Positions 57,953 through 64,000 of a stretch of DNA of 64,000 nt are shown piece by piece; position 1 is the first letter of the stretch, and each line of letters begins with the position of its first letter. Origin of the DNA: an uncultured Desulfospira sp. (lineage in GTDB: Bacteria; Desulfobacterota; Desulfobacteria; Desulfobacterales; Desulfobacteraceae). A model generated the notes under the pieces. The model saw nothing but the letters and a program-made list of their open reading frames with translations, searched no databases and was not told the DNA's origin. The stretch covers positions 3,808,001 through 3,872,000 of the forward strand of contig OY760175.1 of NCBI GenBank assembly GCA_963663165.1, read 5' to 3'. A program made the position numbers and the translations under genes.

Positions 57953-59491
57953 CCCTACAACGTGACTTATATTTAATATTATTATTTTAGTTAACATAAT
58001 CTGCTATACTCCGCAATATAACTTTTATATAGGAGGTAGAGTATGTTGCCTGAAATCCGAAAAGATGAGTACCTTTATCCTATCCCCAAATTTGATATCT
58101 GTGAAGGGGATGTAAAAAATTTTTTCAATGAACTTAAAGGGTTTCATGAAATTTTCCACGACTGTTTTCATCGTTCTGAGTCAAGGGAACATTTTTTCAG
58201 GTATATGGCTGGGCAATTTAGTGACCTGGAAAGAAAATCAATTGAACCCATTGCTCTGGCCGTTGAAGATGGCAATGTTAGGGCAATGCAGCGTTTTATT
58301 AGCGATGCTGAATGGAATGGCGCCAATATTATGGCCAAGTATCGTAATCTCATAAATGAAGATATGGGGACACCTGATGGCGTTCTTATTTTTGATGAAA
58401 GCGGTTTTGTTAAAAAAGGCAATGAATCCATCGGTGTTGCCAGACAATATTGCGGGAATGTCGGCAAGGTTGAAAACAGCCAAGTGGGTGTTTTTGCAGC
58501 CTATGCTTCCCCAAAGGGCTACGGATTGATTGATAAACGACTGTTTATACCTGAACTATGGTTTAAAGACGATCACAAACAGGGAAGAAAAAAGTGCAAA
58601 CTGCCTGAGTCTGTTTCGTTTAAGACAAAACCGCAATTGGCTTCCGAAATGTTGAACGAACTCGCAGAAGAAGCCATCGTGCCGGTTAAGTATGTTACCG
58701 CGGATTCATTGTATGGCAACAGTGATGATTTTATTGAAGCTGTTGAGCAACATCCGGATTTGACCTATTTTGTAGAAGTTCCTTGTAATACTCAATGCTG
58801 GTTTAACAGACCTATTACCGTTGAAAAAACTTACAAATACAAAGGAGAGCAGCGTACAAAAATAGTTGTTGAAAAATCCTCCAAAAAGCCGGTCGATGTC
58901 AAAACTATCGCAAAAAATATAAATGATTTTTTCTGGTACCGCCGGAAAGTATCTGAAGGTACCAAAGGACCTATTGAATATGAATTTACCAAAAGACGAG
59001 TGGTACTTTCCAAAGGAAACACGCCTACAAAATCGGTGTGGCTGATCATGAGGCGAACCCTTGGGAAATCCCCGGATTATAAATTTTTCCTTAGCAATGC
59101 CGGGGTTAGTGCCAGATTAAAGCTTTTTGTATGGCTTAGTGGTATTCGTTGGGCAATTGAACAGTGTTTTGAGGAAACCAAGACTGAACTCGGCATGGAT
59201 CATTATGAGGTCCGTAAATACCCAGGCTGGAATCATCATATAATAACGTGCATGCTTGCACATTTTTTCTTGTGGCACCTGAAAATCAGGATGGGAAAAA
59301 AAAGCTCCATCTATTACAGTGTCGCAGCTTAGAATACTAATGGAGGTGGTTTTGCCATTGAGACCTTGTCATTTTCATACCGTTATACAATCGGTTTTGT
59401 ATTACCAAAGGCGCAATCACGCTGCATATCTATCGCATCGAAAAAGGAGGCTTCTTGATAGAAAGAATACACACTAAGTCACGTTGTAGGG
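57953..59491 (+). mobile_element. IS701-family insertion sequence
   Basis: Perfect 17-bp TIR ccctacaacgtgactta; 4-bp TSD ctat. Confidence 0.92.
58043..59477 (+). CDS. IS701 transposase (frame-0 stop at 59332; +1-frame tail to 59477)
   Basis: 'DESGFVKKG..S.GVARQYCG..GK.EN.Q', 'RWAIEQCFEE.K.ELG.DHYEVR'. Confidence 0.9.
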
Positions 59492-59681
59492 CTATAATGG
59501 CTTAGTGAATTTTATGTTCTATAAAATTGATTTTTGACCGCTAAATTCAGATACAACATATAGCGGTTGGTCGATTTATGAAAAAAACCGGAGTTTTAGG
59601 ACTTGGAAAATTCGTAGAATTTACCACCCTGTCTTTTGATCGAATTACCACCCGCCTGGTGAATGAACTCCAAAGATAGAA

Positions 59682-59712
59682 AAGCCCCTGAGTAAAGAGC
59701 TACTCAGGGGCT
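59682..59712 (-). terminator. Intrinsic terminator-like hairpin
   Basis: agcccctgagta...tactcaggggct preceded by an A-run. Confidence 0.6.
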
Positions 59713-59893
59713 ATAATGTCACTGGATTAAAATGGTATATTAAATCACGGTCACATGAGAATGGTCACAAAAAATCATGGAAAAATTGAAGATAATTTGC
59801 AAGATATGTCAGGTTTGAGGCAGAAGTTCCCCTGTTTATCTCGCAAATAATCGTGAAACTCCTGCCTCCCCACCCAATAACAGGGCAGGAGAT

Positions 59894-60481
59894 ATGCTAT
59901 CAGAAGTTCTGAAAAACGAAAGTTTTTTTTGGGATCTATACAAAATAGATCTGGCAACAGCCGAACGTTATAGACAGATGAAGTGCCCCCACTGCCAGGG
60001 ACCGTTGTATTATGCCAATTATCCGCGCAAACCCAGGGGGGAGCCTGAAGGGTTGTCTGAAGAATGTTTTTTACAATTCAGTTTATGTTGCGGAAGGGAA
60101 GGCTGTCGACGTCGTTTGATCCCGCCAACCTGCCGTTTCCTTGGTAAAAACATTTACTGGTATGCGGCCATTCTGACGATTGTGTCCGACTGGCAGAACC
60201 AATCTGTAGGTATCACGATGTCCAGGTTTGCTGAAACAATCGGTATCTCCCGCAACACCCTTAGCCGCTGGGTCAGCTTATTCAAAGAAATATTTCCAAC
60301 AAGCTCTCAATGGAAGAAAATCCGGGGCCGAGTACCTGCAAGCGTAAAAAATGATCGTCTTCCAGCAAGTTTGGTCAACTTCTATCTGCATCAACAGGCG
60401 TCCATCAAAAAAACGTTGATCTCCTGTTTGTCATTCTTGTCTCAAGGCAGTGAAATATCACAAAAAATAAGGGCCGGGTAA
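59894..60481 (+). CDS. Zn-finger/HTH transposon accessory protein
   Basis: CPHC...CC...C; 'GISRNTLSRW'. Confidence 0.7.
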   Translation: MLSEVLKNESFFWDLYKIDLATAERYRQMKCPHCQGPLYYANYPRKPRGEPEGLSEECFLQFSLCCGREGCRRRLIPPTCRFLGKNIYWYAAILTIVSDWQNQSVGITMSRFAETIGISRNTLSRWVSLFKEIFPTSSQWKKIRGRVPASVKNDRLPASLVNFYLHQQASIKKTLISCLSFLSQGSEISQKIRAG

Positions 60482-60596
60482 TCTCACGCAGAAGATGGGC
60501 GTGGCCTTGGGCGCTCAACTGTTCTATCAAAGGGGCCGGGATTTTTATCAGCATTTCGCTGAAAATTTTAACTCAAAATTGAAAGGACCCCGGCCT

Positions 60597-62042
60597 ATGA
60601 ACAGTAAAAACCAAAGTCCGGTTGATAACTGGGCTTTGTTTCGCTTCTCAGTCGTTGGCGGTTTGCTGGCAAATCCGCCGGCCAAAGGTGAGCTGCGCAA
60701 GGAACTGGAAAAGCTTTCCTATCAGATTTACACCCATCCCATCACGAACGAATCAACGGTATTTCATTTTTCAACTATTGAAAGCTGGTATTACAAGGCA
60801 AAAAATGCCCAGGACCCCATTATTGCTTTAGGGCGGAAAGTTCGTTCTGACTATGGCGGTTCAATTGTATTCACACCTGAACTGATCCGGATGCTGGGCA
60901 GACAATACCGGACTTATCCGAACTGGAGCTACAAACTGCACGCAGATAATTTCGCAGCAGAACTCCAGGAAAAGGAGGCTTCAGTATCGGTACCATCCTA
61001 TGCCAGTGTCCGGCGGCGGATGATCGAAAGGGGGTGGACCAGGAAGCCCTCAGCAAAGAAAAAACAGACAGCGGGTATGAAAATTGCCGCAAAGCGGTTC
61101 GAAAGCCATGAAATCCGAGGATACGAAGCAGAATATGTTCACAGCCTGTGGCATCTGGATTTTCATGAAGGCAGTCTGCGGGTGGTGGATAACAACGGTA
61201 ACTGGTATACGCCCAAAGCCTTATGTATTCTTGACGACCACTCCCGCCTGTGCTGCCACATCCAATGGTATTCAGGAGAAACCACCCAGGATTTGATTCA
61301 TGGATTGACCCAGGCCTTTTTCAAAAGGGGGCTTCCCAGGGCACTGATGACGGACAACGGATCTGCCATGACCTCCCATGAGTTTTGCAACGGGCTTAAG
61401 AAAACAGGGATACTTCATGAAACGACATTGCCCTACAGCCCTTATCAAAACGGTAAGCAGGAAGCCTTTTGGGGCACCCTTGAAGGCAGATTGATGGCCA
61501 TGCTGACCCGGGTGGACCCTCTGACACTGGAATATCTCAATCACCGCAGTCAGGCTTGGGTCGAGATGGAATATAACAAAACCAGGCATAGTGACATCGG
61601 CACATCTCCTGTTCAACGCATGCTTGAAGGCAAAGATGTTTCCCGGCCGGCACCGGATGAAGAACAATTACGTTTCGCCTTTACAGTTTGCGAAGTCAGA
61701 AATCAGCGCAAGTCTGACGGTACCGTGTCCATCAACGGGGTAAGATTTGAGATCCCTTCCCGGTTTCACCATATCCCTCGGTTACATGTCTGCTTTGCCA
61801 ATTGGGATAAATCCATGGCCTGGCTCATGGACCAGAGAACCGGCAAACAGATTGCGCCGATCTACCCCCAAGACAAAATCAAAAATGCTTCAGGAAAACG
61901 AAAGATCAAGTCGAGACCTGAACATACCATTCTACCGGATGAAACATTGAAAGAATCCGAGCCTGCATTATTAAGAAAACTGATGGCCGAGTATGCCCAA
62001 AGCGGCATGCCCCCAGCCTATCTGCCCAAAGGAGAATCATGA
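60597..62042 (+). CDS. DDE transposase/integrase (rve, Mu-like C-terminus)
   Basis: 'LWHLDFH', 'DDHSR', 'TDNGS', 'PYSPYQNGKQE', 'DGTVSING.RFE'. Confidence 0.9.
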   Translation: MNSKNQSPVDNWALFRFSVVGGLLANPPAKGELRKELEKLSYQIYTHPITNESTVFHFSTIESWYYKAKNAQDPIIALGRKVRSDYGGSIVFTPELIRMLGRQYRTYPNWSYKLHADNFAAELQEKEASVSVPSYASVRRRMIERGWTRKPSAKKKQTAGMKIAAKRFESHEIRGYEAEYVHSLWHLDFHEGSLRVVDNNGNWYTPKALCILDDHSRLCCHIQWYSGETTQDLIHGLTQAFFKRGLPRALMTDNGSAMTSHEFCNGLKKTGILHETTLPYSPYQNGKQEAFWGTLEGRLMAMLTRVDPLTLEYLNHRSQAWVEMEYNKTRHSDIGTSPVQRMLEGKDVSRPAPDEEQLRFAFTVCEVRNQRKSDGTVSINGVRFEIPSRFHHIPRLHVCFANWDKSMAWLMDQRTGKQIAPIYPQDKIKNASGKRKIKSRPEHTILPDETLKESEPALLRKLMAEYAQSGMPPAYLPKGES

Positions 62043-62866
62043 ACAACAAACAGCTTCTGGCTTATTACGGCCTTAAATGGAATCCTTTTTTGTCCAATAT
62101 CCCCGTGGAGGCTTTATGGCATCCGCCATTGATGAACAGTTTTATTTTTCGTCTTGAGAATATGACCCTGAACGGGGGCTTTGCTTTGATCAGCGGGGAC
62201 CCTGGCCTTGGCAAATCCAAGGCGTTGCAGATGATTGCCCAAAAGTTCGGTAAACTTGACGAGGTAGTTGTCGGGGTAATGGAACGTCCCCAAAGCAGTG
62301 TCGGAGACTTTTACCGGGAAATGGGAGTTTTGTTTGGTGTCAATTTAAGCCCTGCCAACCGGTATGGCGGGTTCAAGGATCTTCGGGAGCGCTGGAGGCA
62401 TCATGTAAAAACCACCTTGTTCCGGCCCATCCTGCTCATAGATGAAGCCCAGGAGATGCTGACCGGATGCTTAAATGAACTGCGTTTGTTGAACAGCGCG
62501 GACTTTGACTCCCAAAACCTGTTGACCACCGTGATTTGCGGCGATGACCGGCTCCCGGAACGGTTCAGATCAAGATCCCTGGTATCGCTGGGAAGCCGGA
62601 TGCAGTTCCGGTTGACGCTGCTTCCCTATGTCCGGGATGACCTGCTGGATTACATGGATCACAGCCTGAACCAGGCCGGCGCCCCGCACTTAATGACGAA
62701 AACTCTGATCAGGACCCTTGCAGACCATTGCGCCGGCAACCTGCGGGTTCTTAACAATATGGCCGCAGACCTGCTGACTGCGGGGATTGAAAAAGAACTC
62801 AATCAATTGGACGAAAAGCTTTTTATGGAAGTCTATTCCAGACAGCCGCCCAATAAAAAATCATAG
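62039..62866 (+). CDS. ExeA/TniB-like AAA+ ATPase
   Basis: GDPGLGKS; LLIDEAQ; 'GNLRVLN'. Confidence 0.88.
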   Translation: MNNKQLLAYYGLKWNPFLSNIPVEALWHPPLMNSFIFRLENMTLNGGFALISGDPGLGKSKALQMIAQKFGKLDEVVVGVMERPQSSVGDFYREMGVLFGVNLSPANRYGGFKDLRERWRHHVKTTLFRPILLIDEAQEMLTGCLNELRLLNSADFDSQNLLTTVICGDDRLPERFRSRSLVSLGSRMQFRLTLLPYVRDDLLDYMDHSLNQAGAPHLMTKTLIRTLADHCAGNLRVLNNMAADLLTAGIEKELNQLDEKLFMEVYSRQPPNKKS

Positions 62867-62875
62867 GAGAACAAT

Positions 62876-63058
62876 ATGGGTATTTATGATGATCCGGACA
62901 TGAAACTGGAAGAAATCACACAGGAATTGGAACATTTTATCCTGGATATGGTCCTTGCCGGACTTGAAAGCTTGAATATGGAATATCGGGCCTTCAGGCG
63001 ATTCCAGAAACAAAGGCTCACGGAAAAGAACCGTCATAAAGAACACGAGCCGTTTTGA
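62876..63058 (+). CDS. Small hypothetical protein
   Basis: AGGAG SD, 60 aa, operon position. Confidence 0.5.
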   Translation: MGIYDDPDMKLEEITQELEHFILDMVLAGLESLNMEYRAFRRFQKQRLTEKNRHKEHEPF

Positions 63059-63095
63059 ACGTACGCCCGGACTCCAAAGGTCCGGGCCTGCCTCA

Positions 63096-63884
63096 ATGGA
63101 AAAAATACTTTGGAAAATCGGCAATTATTTTAAGCACCGCTTCAGCCTGGCAGTTCTTGATGAAATTAAGGGCCGGTGGCCCGTTCTCCCCTCTTGTAAA
63201 AACATCCCTTATCTTAAAGCTGAAAATGCCGGAGGAAGGCACATCCTGATCAGACCTGATCCTGTTATTCAGCCTTATTATTTTCTTGCCGACGATTTAA
63301 ACATTGACCTGCTTATCCGGCATCATCAATCCATATCAAACCGCTTTAAACCAGGCAGGATGGTTATAGAAACATCTCCCGGCAATTATCAAATTTGGAT
63401 TCACAGTGACCGTCCGTTAAGCCTTCCCGAAAAAAAGTATTGGTTGGAAAACATGCACAGTGATCCCGGCGCCGACCCGAAAAACAGGTGGGGCAGATGC
63501 CCCGGGTTCAGGAACAGAAAAGCAAAACACAGAACGCCTTCAGGACAATACCCTTTGGCAAAGCTATTATGGGTGGACTGGAAATGCCAGGCTATTGTCC
63601 CTGAAATAGAATTATCCTCCCAACCTCAAGAAGTCTTTTCCCATCAACCCCGGGGGGGAGTGTGCCATAACGGTAATATTTCCCGCTCCCTCTATGATAA
63701 GGGTGACGAATCTGCCACTGATTTTGCATATGCTCTGGCCCTCTATAGAAGAGGTTTCTCACGAATGGAAATTTACAATCGCATTATCAATGAAAGGCAG
63801 GATTGGATTAATCATGCGGGTGAACGAAAAAAAACACAGTATCTGATCAGGACATTACAGAAAGCTGAAAAAATTATCAGTTAA
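63096..63884 (+). CDS. RepB-family DNA primase (AEP)
   Basis: 'LADDL', 'IETSPGNYQIW', 'DPGAD....WGRCPGFRNRK', helical 'DESATDFAYA'. Confidence 0.8.
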   Translation: MEKILWKIGNYFKHRFSLAVLDEIKGRWPVLPSCKNIPYLKAENAGGRHILIRPDPVIQPYYFLADDLNIDLLIRHHQSISNRFKPGRMVIETSPGNYQIWIHSDRPLSLPEKKYWLENMHSDPGADPKNRWGRCPGFRNRKAKHRTPSGQYPLAKLLWVDWKCQAIVPEIELSSQPQEVFSHQPRGGVCHNGNISRSLYDKGDESATDFAYALALYRRGFSRMEIYNRIINERQDWINHAGERKKTQYLIRTLQKAEKIIS

Positions 63885-64000
63885 AATCGGGCTCTCTTGG
63901 CCTCCGGGAAAGCCCTTATTTACCATGAAACGTTGTCCATGAATTATCGTGATTGCTCTCAACATTTGCAGCTGACGGTCCTTTGGGACCCTGTTCAATG

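Larger units (their letters stand above)
59756..63964 (+). mobile_element. Putative Mu/Tn552-like compact transposon carrying a primase
   Basis: Zn-finger/HTH + DDE + AAA + small ORF + RepB primase between imperfect inverted repeats (59756-59784 vs 63933-63961). Confidence 0.6.

Noticed and set aside
62039..62866. Type II secretion ExeA
   Set aside because: No secretion genes nearby; it overlaps a DDE transposase

Overview
This is a bacterial window that I infer comes from a Desulfobacteraceae-like deltaproteobacterium (gene content and repeat types; not verified). Most of it (5.5-20.2 kb and 32.2-57.8 kb) looks like an anaerobic polyhydroxy-aromatic catabolic region. It holds four intact alpha/beta pairs of pyrogallol-phloroglucinol transhydroxylase-family molybdoenzymes (one AthL/BthL-like, three of a distinct 'DGHGE' subtype whose beta subunits keep a fourth Fe-S cluster) and two decayed alpha remnants. 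It also holds a phloroglucinol-reductase-like SDR, a cyclase-family hydrolase, a cupin, a separate Cys-ligated molybdoenzyme/ferredoxin/flavoprotein operon, two TRAP systems plus an orphan DctP, and regulators (two tandem-Lrp/AsnC paralogs, PAS-LuxR, Crp/Fnr). An ~11.5 kb defence/cargo insert splits the region: type I R-M with an amber-interrupted hsdS, an AlbA-type protein, TA modules and MscS. The window ends with an IS701 element and a compact DDE-transposase/AAA-ATPase element that carries a RepB-type primase. Several MITEs with clear target-site duplications and REP-like repeats are present. I found no rRNA, tRNA or CRISPR array. All family assignments come from motif recognition by eye; no searches were run.
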